A stretch of 64,000 bases of DNA from the IMG/VR virus record IMGVR_UViG_3300035171_000016, positions 64,001 through 128,000 of that record; one strand, written 5' to 3'. The notes under the pieces are model-generated. The model did not search any database, was not told the DNA's origin, and saw only the letters and a program-made list of their open reading frames with translations. Of the stretch, positions 54,921 to 64,000 are shown piece after piece; position 1 is the first letter of the stretch, and each line of letters starts with the position of its first letter. Source of the stretch: a virus. Made by a program: the position numbers and the translations under genes.

Positions 54921-56234
54921 ATGGCCAATAGGAAGATATATAATCAGGCCGGAATCGCTGTTTCTAGCGACTCCTCTGGATATTGCTTTCTTGATTTTTC
55001 GGGAAATAGAACTAATTCAATATATTCTAATATTAACGGTTTAACTGGATATTCTTATAATTTAGTAAAACCGCTAACTAGAATAGTTGATGTTAGTTAT
55101 GGATTTTCCGAAAGCAGAATAGATGTTAAAAACATGGGTAATTTTGGAACTATTGCTAGGCCATCAATAGTTTCCACACCAATAACATTAAGATTTTCAT
55201 ATTATTTAATGGGTTTAATAAACGAAGCAAGGCTTGGTTTTATTTTTGCCCAGCCATCTGGAAATAATGTTAACAATCCTTCTATATACGATAATATATG
55301 TCCTATATCTGGATTTTTAGATAGAACGTATCAGCCAGATTATAATGATTCATTTATTAATTATGCCGGAGCAAATGAATACTGGAATAATACTCATAGA
55401 GACTGCAAGAATTTTTTTGTTATAACTAAAATAGGAGAATCGGATTTAAAATCATCTCCATCAATAACCCAAACATTAAATAATACAACCGGAACCATTC
55501 TAAAAGATAATATTTATGTATATGAATTTGGAAATTGCTATTTAAATTCATATAAAGCCTCTGCTTCGGTAGGTAATTTTCCAGTAGCTTCTGTAGATTA
55601 TACTTGTTATAATGTAATGTATATAAGCGGAGGCTCTGGACAAAATATTCCAGCAGTAAATCCTAAAGATTTTACCTTGTTAAGCGGAATTACATACAAT
55701 TTACCGCCCATGTCTAGTGGAGAATTATCTACTATATTATTACCCGGAGATATTACTTTAAATATAATGGAAACCGGAAATAACCAAATAACAAATCTTC
55801 CTATTAGTTTTTCTGATATTAAAGTTCAAAATTTTGATATAGATATAAATTTAAATAGAGAGCCTTTATATAATTTAGGATACCGCCTTCCTATGGATAA
55901 TATTGTTAATTATCCGGCATATGCAAACCTATCTTTATCTGCAATAGTAGGAAATACATCTACCGGCTCTTTTATTGATTTTATTAATAAAGATACCGAA
56001 TATGATATTTCAGTTAATATGAAATATTCTAGGAATAGCAATATTACTGGCACGGCGATATTATATAGATTTTTAAGTGCCAAATTTAATAATATTCAAA
56101 TATCAGAATCTATTTCAAATAAAAAAATGGTTAGTTTTAATGTTTCTAATGAGATGAACCCAACTACAAATAGTAAGGGATTTTTCATTTCTGGACAATT
56201 AGGAGTACCAAATAATAATAAACCTTTATATTAA
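54921..56234 (+). CDS. Probable virion structural protein (tail tube-like)
   Basis: Two related beta-rich halves (R.DV..MG / REPLY.LG..P), VQNFDI.I.L.R pattern. Confidence 0.5.
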   Translation: MANRKIYNQAGIAVSSDSSGYCFLDFSGNRTNSIYSNINGLTGYSYNLVKPLTRIVDVSYGFSESRIDVKNMGNFGTIARPSIVSTPITLRFSYYLMGLINEARLGFIFAQPSGNNVNNPSIYDNICPISGFLDRTYQPDYNDSFINYAGANEYWNNTHRDCKNFFVITKIGESDLKSSPSITQTLNNTTGTILKDNIYVYEFGNCYLNSYKASASVGNFPVASVDYTCYNVMYISGGSGQNIPAVNPKDFTLLSGITYNLPPMSSGELSTILLPGDITLNIMETGNNQITNLPISFSDIKVQNFDIDINLNREPLYNLGYRLPMDNIVNYPAYANLSLSAIVGNTSTGSFIDFINKDTEYDISVNMKYSRNSNITGTAILYRFLSAKFNNIQISESISNKKMVSFNVSNEMNPTTNSKGFFISGQLGVPNNNKPLY

Positions 56235-57091
56235 TGAATATTAAATTTACCGTATCAGCAGAAAAAAATAATAATAAAATAATTTCTTCCTCAGAAGATA
56301 AGTTTGCCGGAGTAGTAAAAGGTAGTTTAATTAAAATAGAAAACGATTCTATTCTTCATACTGTCCAATCAAAAGAATCATTTTTTTATATTAAAGATTT
56401 TTTAGTACAAAATTCAAAAATTATTGTTATTGAAGATGATACAAAGATAAATCTACAATCTGGAGACTCGCTTAAAATAACATATAAAGAATATGAATCA
56501 AAATTTATTATTGACGTTTTAAATGGCGGAGTAGGATATAATGTAGGAGATATTATTACAGTAAAAGATGGAGTAGTAAATATTGATATATCAAGCGGAC
56601 TATCAAACCCAACTACTTTAGAAGTTATAGAAGTTAATATGGATGGGGCTATTCAAAAACTAGGCATAAAAGAATCTGGAAGATATATAACGCCCCCAAG
56701 TAATCCTATAAAAACATATTCAAAAAATGGAAATAATTGCGAAATTGAATTAAAATATTTAGAGCTTTCTAATAGAGCTTTTATAGAAAAAGAAATAGAT
56801 AATATTTATTTTTCAAATGGCCAAACATTTATAGTTTTAAATTCTTCTTTACCATTAAACTTAAAAAATGGAAAGCTATCGGTAGAAAAAGCTATTGTTA
56901 CTCTTTCTGAAAACTATAATGGAGAAACTAGAAAAAACCTATCATATGAAATATTTAGAGACTTTACTCCAAACCTTAGAATACCTCTTTTAGTAAGGGG
57001 TTCTCTATCTCACGAAACAGTTTATAATAAAGGCTGTTTAATTTTAGATGCCGAAATCCAAAAAATTAAAGATAAACTAGGTATTTCTTAA
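56234..57091 (+). CDS. Probable virion structural protein
   Basis: NGG.GY.VGD.ITV and G.Y..PPSNP beta-repeat motifs. Confidence 0.5.
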   Translation: MNIKFTVSAEKNNNKIISSSEDKFAGVVKGSLIKIENDSILHTVQSKESFFYIKDFLVQNSKIIVIEDDTKINLQSGDSLKITYKEYESKFIIDVLNGGVGYNVGDIITVKDGVVNIDISSGLSNPTTLEVIEVNMDGAIQKLGIKESGRYITPPSNPIKTYSKNGNNCEIELKYLELSNRAFIEKEIDNIYFSNGQTFIVLNSSLPLNLKNGKLSVEKAIVTLSENYNGETRKNLSYEIFRDFTPNLRIPLLVRGSLSHETVYNKGCLILDAEIQKIKDKLGIS

Positions 57092-57093
57092 TA

Positions 57094-60000
57094 TTAAGTT
57101 CTTTTAGGAGCGAAGGTTTGATGTAAGATTCCTCCCGGTCTGCTTTGTTGAGTCATTTCTTTTACTATCATTCCTTTAATATTATCGGCTACTTTCGATA
57201 GAACATCCTTGCTATCTTTTTCTGACGTTCCATTTTTAGAATCTGAACTTGATTTAGAGTCGCTAGATGTTACTTCTCCGGTATGATGCATAGAAACATT
57301 TACAGCCACATGATTGGTAACATTAGACTGTGGTTTAGAATCACTATTTTTATTTCCATTCGTTGATAGTTTTTCTTTAATTTGGTTTAAAGCATTTATA
57401 ATTTTAGTTGTTCCATCGTCTGAATTAGATTGTCCGCCAACATATCCTCCATCGGCATATTTAGCTGTAGAATTGAGAGATTTAAAGAAACTAGTTCCGT
57501 ATTTATTAACCGTTTGTGGGCTCATTACATACTCTCCGCCCATAACCATAGCACTAAACTTATCAGAAGAGTTTTCGCCGCCAAAATAACCGCCGCCAGC
57601 AAATTTAGGAATTAATCCGCCACTAGCTCTACTTGTTAGTCCAAAACCATAAGGGTTATAGCTTTGAGTTCCATATGAATTAATACTATTAATAGTAGTA
57701 TTATTTCCAGCAAAATTATTTGCGGCAGAGGAATTTAATGGGCCTTGGCCTTGATTTAAAGCTGATATTTGGTTGTCTGTAGGATTATTACTATTGCTAA
57801 CTTGAGCAAACGCACCAACAACATTACCAACGGCACCCAAATAAGCCAATCCTAAATTTAAATTTTGAGAAAACTTAAAGGCATCTAATTGTTTTTGATA
57901 CTCTCTTTCGGCTAACCTTTTATTAAGGGCGTACTTTTCTCTTGAAAACTTTAATTTATTTTGAGGATTATTATCATCTGTTTGTCCTATAGCGGATAAT
58001 AATGAACTTGTTTTAAAAGAGCCCTTTCCTTTATTAATTAAAAATGCATTAGCTAATGTTATGTCGGTAGAGCTTCCGTTTATTGAAATGGAATCACTAG
58101 TAACACCCGGAAAAGAATTCTTTTTCTTGGGTCTATTAATAAATGCTCCCGGCTGCCTAAACGAGTCCCTTTGTTCCCCTGTTCCGTTTAGGTGATTTAG
58201 ATTATCAACACCAATACGATTTACTGCGTTTTTATTAATAACAAATTCCCCGCCGCTTAAAAATGCCGGAACATCATCTCTTACTCCAGAACCCATATTT
58301 ACAAATCCGCCTTTAGCAAATTTAGGAATATATCCACCAGAAGCTTTTCTATTAGGCGGAGTAGCCGATGGTATTATACTAGGAGCAAAAGAAGCTATAC
58401 CTTTAAAGGCAGCACCAAATAACGAGTTAATTCCAATATTTATAGCCTTAGAAGCTAAACTTTGGGCTAATGATATACCTAAATCTCTAAATGCCTCGCT
58501 TGCATTTTTTGCGCCTTTAGTTATCTCTAATAAATTATAAGATAAATCATTTTTGATTTCCGCTGAAAATTCCTGCAATCCAACAACAGAATCTTTTAGA
58601 AAAGTAGACGTATTATATTGGAATGGAGCCGCAGCCGCTTGTGCGAAGCTAGCCCCAGTTAAAGCTGTACCACCAATTCCGTTTCCGCGCTGAGAAGCCG
58701 CACCAATATTATTTTCTAAGTTTTTAGCAGCGATTCTATCAGTAAAAGCTAATTGAATATCTAAATTTTTATTCTGATTTTCAATTTCATCGTTAATATT
58801 TTTTTGTTTTTCTTCTAATGCTGTAGAAGCAGATATTAAATTTTCTAATATTACTTCTTGAGTTTCTAGTTCTGCGCCAGCAGGAAGAGAAGAGATTTTT
58901 GATTTCGTGCCGTTAATTAAACTATCTATTCCGCTTTTATTTATATTATTAAAATCTACATCCGAAACCGTACCTGATAAATTAGTTGATAGGTTTTTCC
59001 TTTGCGTTGCTAGTTCCGCTTCATATGATTGCGCTCTTTGTATAGCAGCAACTTGGAATGGATTTGCACCAACCTCGCTTCTTTGTAATCCAGAAATTTT
59101 ATTTATTGAATTTCTATCAATAATTCCACTCTGTCTAATATTATTTTGTGCTTTAGCGAATTGTACGTTTAAAAATTTTTCATTATTATTAAACTCGGCT
59201 AATCCTTTAGCATCATTTGAAGCAAGATTAGAACGTAAAACAGACAAGTCTTTAATATACTTTAATAATGAACCATTTATTTTTTCTTTTATAGAAACTA
59301 GTTCGTCCTGAATTGACTTTATAGTTTTATCGTCTAGAGATAGATTGGAAATATTATCTATTTTCCCCCCTAATAAAGTATTTTTTAAATCACCTTCTGG
59401 TAATTTACTTATTTTATTTAAAGACGTTCCAGATATTTTTTTATCATTAGAATTTAAATCGCTAATAACGGTATTTATTAATGCTTGACTCCCTTTAACA
59501 AGACTAACATTTTCTATTTGTTTTGCTATTTGATAGTTTATTTGTTCTGGTGAATTTGAATTAATATTTCCAAAAACAGAAGAAACAAAAGATGAAGATT
59601 TTTTAAATCCAGAATTTATAGATTCGGCATCGCCATTTAATTTATTTTTTTCAATACTATCTTTTAATAATTTTAATAAATCATTTTTACCAGATACTAA
59701 TCCTTCGTTACTTGATATAGATAACTCTGCTTTTAGTTGTTTTTGAGCCTTATCAAACTCGTCTTTATCTTGAGCTAATTTTTCTTGAAAGGAGACATAA
59801 TTTTTAAAATAAGAATTATCTCCAGAATTTAAAATAGATATTTGATTTGCGCCTTGACGATTTATAGCCCTAACATCTATATTGCTTACATCTCTACTTA
59901 AACCTTTTAATATTTTAATATCAAAATTATTTAAAGATTTACTAGAAGACTCTAAAAATTTTATTAAATCAGAATTAATAGTTTCTAAAGCATCATCGTA

Positions 60001-63000
60001 TAACTGAATATTTTTATCAATAACTTTTGAATTTTCTTTATTTGCATTAATATTTGAAGAACTAAATTTTCCAAATAATACTTTTGAAAGAAAATCTGGG
60101 TTATTTTTACCCGCCTCGCTTACTTGTTGAGATATATCTCCAAACTGAGAGCCGAAACCCTTTGAAGATAAAATAGGCTTTAACGCTGAAAGGAATCCAG
60201 ATAGACCGCCAGACCTAGATGATTGAATTTGCTCTAAATCTTTAGGACTTAATACGTCTTGTAATGACTGGCCAGAAGTATTTAGTCTTGTTAATAAAGA
60301 ACTAGAAAATTGTTGAACCCTCTCTAAGTCGGTAGACTCTCTATCCAATCTTTTTCCTCTAAGATACTGTCCAATTACTGGGTCATTTTCTGAATTACCA
60401 GCTCTAGCACTTGTAGTAAAAAACCCTCTTTCAAAACTTTCAAACCCGCCGGGTTTAGATGTTGAATTTAATATGCTAGCATCTTTACCAGAATTAATAT
60501 TTTGACTATTAATAGTTTGAGCAATATCAGCGATATTATTAGCTTCGGAAAAATTTCCACTTGTAACGGCGGACTGTATTCTTCCGCGAAATTCAGACGG
60601 AATACCTGCAAAGGCTATATTTTTTTGACCCTCTAGTAATCTTTTTTGTAAAGCAGTAGCGGATAAATCATTTCCAATACTTGCTAGCTGCTGAGAAATA
60701 GAAACGTAAGAGCTTAAAGAAACCGATGTTTTTTGTGCCGAATCGGTTAATAGCTCTAATCTCTTTGATAAATCTGGAAGGGTATCAGAGAACGCTTTAA
60801 ATACAGTAGGTAATTCCAGTAACGCTCCCACTCCGGCTCCGGCTACGGCTCCTAGCGGATTTCCTCCAGATAATCCTAACCCAGTTAAAGCATATGAGCC
60901 TATATTTCCAGCGGCACCAATAGAAGCGTTTGCTCCACGAGCCGTAGTAGAATTGTTTCCAATTAATCCTTCTGCGGTATTTTGAATTACTCCCGTTAAA
61001 ATAGGAAGAGCAAAAGAACCTAATAATGCCTGTCCAGCAACTCTTTGCCTTGCCCTCTGAAACGATGCGTTTTCTCCTAAATTTTCAGATTCTTTAGATA
61101 GTTTATTATCTTTAAATACAGAATTAAAAATATTTAATTTATCCAATTTTGATTGGAAAATTTTACTTCTATTTTGAAGTTCTTCTTCGATTATCTGGTC
61201 TTCTTGAAGTGAAAGACCTCTATTTAACTCGGCTCTTCCGGGGCCAAGTAATTCATCTCCAGATACTCCAGATTGAAAAATTCTACTAGATAACGCTCCG
61301 CCTTCATTTAATACTTTTGTTACTCCGGCAACATTAGAAGCTCCATTATCAATAGTTCTTATTCCTCTGGTAGTAATTTTGCCACTAGAAGGGTCTTTAG
61401 TTATATCTAAAACCTTAGTAGTATAACTTAATTTTTGAGTATTTTGTATTATTTGAGATTTAAACTTTTGCATCTCTTCGGAACTTTCACTCGCTCCTTT
61501 AGATACTAAACTTAAATATTCATCTATTTGTTTATTAATGATATTAGCCTCTCTAATACCCTTAAATCTTACATCTTCTCTTAATAGTTGTTGTTCTCCA
61601 TTAACTCCGGTAGGCAAAAGAATGCTTTGGTTAACAGTTCTTTGGTTTGCAATATTAAATCTATTGGCTTGTGCATCTAAAATCTTTTTATTATTAGCAA
61701 GATTAAATATAGCATTACCTATTACTGACGTTTCAGAGTTTCCTGCTCCAGAAAAGCTTGGATAAAATTGAAATGCTCCCGGATTAAAGCTTTTAGTTTT
61801 TTGTTCAGCCGTACCAAAGTTTACATCCGACGCTTTTGTAATAGCTTTTATAAAATTATCTAGCGACTCCGTAGATTTCTTTAAGCTAATATTTAAATCA
61901 AGGGTGCTTTTACTTATCTCTGGTAATTGTATAGCATTTTTACCAGTTCCGGCTCCAAGTAATAAAGGAAAGGGTTTTTCTGGTGGAGGCGTTCCGTATC
62001 TAACAGAATCGGGGGCTAAACTAGCTGGATTAAAAATAGGCTTAGCTTTTTTAAATTCTTCTGGAACTAGATTAGAAGGTAATAGATTAAAAGGGTATGG
62101 AATATCCGCAAAATTAGGAATATTTCCTGCTTTTTTAGGGTCATTTCCGCTTCTTCTAGACCTATTAATACCCTGTTGAAGACCAAGCGGCTCATCTTTG
62201 GTATTATAAATACCAATTCCTAAAGGATTATCGGCAGAAATAAGCTCTCCAGAACTTCCTACTCTAATCTGAGAAGGATTAATACCTGCCTTTGTTTCTC
62301 TTTCTATAGCGTCTGATAAAGCACTAAAACCCGGAATATTTTTAGCTCTACTATTACCAGTTATTTTTTCATTGGTAATTACAAACGGGGCCGCAGTTGC
62401 TCCAACGCCTCCTAATGAAAATTTAGATATTATTTCAGCTACTCTTGCCGCCGCAGCAGCATTGGCATTTAGTTGGGCATTTTGTTTTGCTAAAATTTCA
62501 CTAACAACCTGTTGAACTTTATAAGTTTCGTTTCCTGCTGCGTTTATTTTTTGTATAGCACCCGGTTCAGATTGTAATAAGTCTAAAATAATTCTTTCGT
62601 TTCTTGCTCTTGCACTAGATACTTCGAGAATAGTTGCAAATGATTTTGCTGCTTGAACTGTAAATGTAGCAAATAATTTACTAACTAAGGTACCCGCCAA
62701 CACTAGGCCCGGCCCAGATAAATAGTTTCCTAATCCCTTTAATATTCCCGTTCCTAGATTTTCCCCAATATCAGAAGTAGCAGCAAAATCAGTAAATTTA
62801 AATAGATTTTTTAATGCGGGGGCAATTGATAAATTACCTACTTTTGCTCCAAATTGCTGTAGATTATTTAAAGATTGGTTTAGTTCCGAGGCCAATGTTT
62901 TATTAAGCTCTGCTTGGCGTCTTGCAGCTTGGTCAGAAGAGTTTGCGGAAGTAGATAGAGCACGTTCATAGATAGAACTCTGTTTCCCTAAATCTTGCAA

Positions 63001-63963
63001 TATAGCTCTAAATTGGTTTGCTTGAAATAGTCCCGAACTTAATTGTACAATTTGTTCTCTTTGGGCATCCGAAAGCGTTTTATATGCTTGTGCCGTATTT
63101 TTTAGAATAGCATCAGATGATAAAATTTTTCCATTAACATCTTCGGTTAAAATTCCTAACTGTTTAAGATTATCTAGAACTTCTGGACGCTGTACTCGTT
63201 GAAATATAGATTTTAATGCGTTGCCGATAACCGCGCCACCACGCTGCGTTTGTTGTTGCGCGGAGGTAACTAGGGCTATAAGAGAGTCAAAGCTTACCCC
63301 GGTATCCTGAGCGGTAGAGCCTACACGTTGTAAGGCTTGGGCTAAATCTCCCGAACTCACAGAAAACTGAGCGTCTACAGTTGCTAATTTATTTACTAGT
63401 ACTGTAGAATCTAAAGCAACATCATTAAAACTGTTTAAAGCGGCTGTAATGGCCTTTGTGGACTCTACAACATCTAATCCACTTAAACGGGTAAGAGTAA
63501 GCGCATCTTTGGTTCTTTTTAAGGTTTCTGATACAGATAAGCCTTGACGAGAGAATTCTAGGGCAGACGAGGCGGCAATTTTAAATGATTGTCCCGTTTC
63601 ATTAGCTACTTTAAAAAGAGATGTAGAAAAACCTTCTAGTTGCTTACTACTTAATCCAAAAATATTATTAATATCAGCTAATTCTTTTTGTACTTCGATA
63701 GTAGACCTAATTAGAGCGTCCATCGCCCTAGAGATTAGATAAACCTGCCCGGCAGTAGCACCGAAAGAAATAACACGGGCACCAGCGGATTGTAGAGCCT
63801 TCTCGAACTCTCCAACTTTCGTACTAATCTGTCCTAATCCAGAGGCGTCTACTCTAACTCTTACAGGTCTAGCCTCAAGACGCCTAACAGCATCAAAAGT
63901 CTGTGACTCAAGAAGCTTAGTATTTGCACCTATTACTAATTCTGCATCAAATTGACCGGCCAT
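57094..63963 (-). CDS. Tail tape measure protein (TP901-like core)
   Basis: 2289 aa; A.EFSRQG, D..F.VSS.DLA.AL.R.GS.A, R.G..IGN.LK.IF.R; C-terminal GG.IP.FA.GG and GEFVI motifs. Confidence 0.93.
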   Translation of the reverse strand: MAGQFDAELVIGANTKLLESQTFDAVRRLEARPVRVRVDASGLGQISTKVGEFEKALQSAGARVISFGATAGQVYLISRAMDALIRSTIEVQKELADINNIFGLSSKQLEGFSTSLFKVANETGQSFKIAASSALEFSRQGLSVSETLKRTKDALTLTRLSGLDVVESTKAITAALNSFNDVALDSTVLVNKLATVDAQFSVSSGDLAQALQRVGSTAQDTGVSFDSLIALVTSAQQQTQRGGAVIGNALKSIFQRVQRPEVLDNLKQLGILTEDVNGKILSSDAILKNTAQAYKTLSDAQREQIVQLSSGLFQANQFRAILQDLGKQSSIYERALSTSANSSDQAARRQAELNKTLASELNQSLNNLQQFGAKVGNLSIAPALKNLFKFTDFAATSDIGENLGTGILKGLGNYLSGPGLVLAGTLVSKLFATFTVQAAKSFATILEVSSARARNERIILDLLQSEPGAIQKINAAGNETYKVQQVVSEILAKQNAQLNANAAAAARVAEIISKFSLGGVGATAAPFVITNEKITGNSRAKNIPGFSALSDAIERETKAGINPSQIRVGSSGELISADNPLGIGIYNTKDEPLGLQQGINRSRRSGNDPKKAGNIPNFADIPYPFNLLPSNLVPEEFKKAKPIFNPASLAPDSVRYGTPPPEKPFPLLLGAGTGKNAIQLPEISKSTLDLNISLKKSTESLDNFIKAITKASDVNFGTAEQKTKSFNPGAFQFYPSFSGAGNSETSVIGNAIFNLANNKKILDAQANRFNIANQRTVNQSILLPTGVNGEQQLLREDVRFKGIREANIINKQIDEYLSLVSKGASESSEEMQKFKSQIIQNTQKLSYTTKVLDITKDPSSGKITTRGIRTIDNGASNVAGVTKVLNEGGALSSRIFQSGVSGDELLGPGRAELNRGLSLQEDQIIEEELQNRSKIFQSKLDKLNIFNSVFKDNKLSKESENLGENASFQRARQRVAGQALLGSFALPILTGVIQNTAEGLIGNNSTTARGANASIGAAGNIGSYALTGLGLSGGNPLGAVAGAGVGALLELPTVFKAFSDTLPDLSKRLELLTDSAQKTSVSLSSYVSISQQLASIGNDLSATALQKRLLEGQKNIAFAGIPSEFRGRIQSAVTSGNFSEANNIADIAQTINSQNINSGKDASILNSTSKPGGFESFERGFFTTSARAGNSENDPVIGQYLRGKRLDRESTDLERVQQFSSSLLTRLNTSGQSLQDVLSPKDLEQIQSSRSGGLSGFLSALKPILSSKGFGSQFGDISQQVSEAGKNNPDFLSKVLFGKFSSSNINANKENSKVIDKNIQLYDDALETINSDLIKFLESSSKSLNNFDIKILKGLSRDVSNIDVRAINRQGANQISILNSGDNSYFKNYVSFQEKLAQDKDEFDKAQKQLKAELSISSNEGLVSGKNDLLKLLKDSIEKNKLNGDAESINSGFKKSSSFVSSVFGNINSNSPEQINYQIAKQIENVSLVKGSQALINTVISDLNSNDKKISGTSLNKISKLPEGDLKNTLLGGKIDNISNLSLDDKTIKSIQDELVSIKEKINGSLLKYIKDLSVLRSNLASNDAKGLAEFNNNEKFLNVQFAKAQNNIRQSGIIDRNSINKISGLQRSEVGANPFQVAAIQRAQSYEAELATQRKNLSTNLSGTVSDVDFNNINKSGIDSLINGTKSKISSLPAGAELETQEVILENLISASTALEEKQKNINDEIENQNKNLDIQLAFTDRIAAKNLENNIGAASQRGNGIGGTALTGASFAQAAAAPFQYNTSTFLKDSVVGLQEFSAEIKNDLSYNLLEITKGAKNASEAFRDLGISLAQSLASKAINIGINSLFGAAFKGIASFAPSIIPSATPPNRKASGGYIPKFAKGGFVNMGSGVRDDVPAFLSGGEFVINKNAVNRIGVDNLNHLNGTGEQRDSFRQPGAFINRPKKKNSFPGVTSDSISINGSSTDITLANAFLINKGKGSFKTSSLLSAIGQTDDNNPQNKLKFSREKYALNKRLAEREYQKQLDAFKFSQNLNLGLAYLGAVGNVVGAFAQVSNSNNPTDNQISALNQGQGPLNSSAANNFAGNNTTINSINSYGTQSYNPYGFGLTSRASGGLIPKFAGGGYFGGENSSDKFSAMVMGGEYVMSPQTVNKYGTSFFKSLNSTAKYADGGYVGGQSNSDDGTTKIINALNQIKEKLSTNGNKNSDSKPQSNVTNHVAVNVSMHHTGEVTSSDSKSSSDSKNGTSEKDSKDVLSKVADNIKGMIVKEMTQQSRPGGILHQTFAPKRT

Positions 63964-64000
63964 ATAATATATTTACTACCTTATACTCTTTAAACTACCA

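Overview
This window is a very AT-rich, gene-dense segment of a large tailed dsDNA phage read in the standard genetic code. Replication and recombination genes include a DnaB helicase, a TOPRIM primase, RecA, a Pol III split into three genes (PHP, DEDD exonuclease, DnaE core), and SSB/SSAP-like proteins. Nucleotide metabolism genes include GuaC, dCMP deaminase, ThyX, a class II ribonucleotide reductase, a dNMP kinase, an NDT-family enzyme and a degenerate dUTPase. There are two sigma-like factors, a packaging and structural block (large terminase, ERCC4 nuclease, portal, probable tail proteins, 2289-aa tape measure), and about five free-standing homing endonucleases plus one further HNH gene. 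About eleven glycosyltransferase-like genes and a GDP-mannose 4,6-dehydratase are scattered across the window. Most notable observations: (1) a small protein plus two TET-associated (TAGT/GREB1-like) glycosyltransferases directly behind the polymerase, a candidate DNA-glycosylation system with no TET/JBP in view; (2) a roughly 550-bp hairpin-dense non-coding region immediately downstream of an HNH gene near the main strand switch; (3) a portal with an IS607-like N-terminal HTH and repeats upstream; (4) a GT9 split across two genes around a LAGLIDADG gene; (5) a DUF4326-NADAR fusion; (6) two promoter classes (TTGAC-17-TAnnnT and GTGTA), both positioned to give leaderless or near-leaderless mRNAs. 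All family calls come from motif recognition by eye, not database searches.
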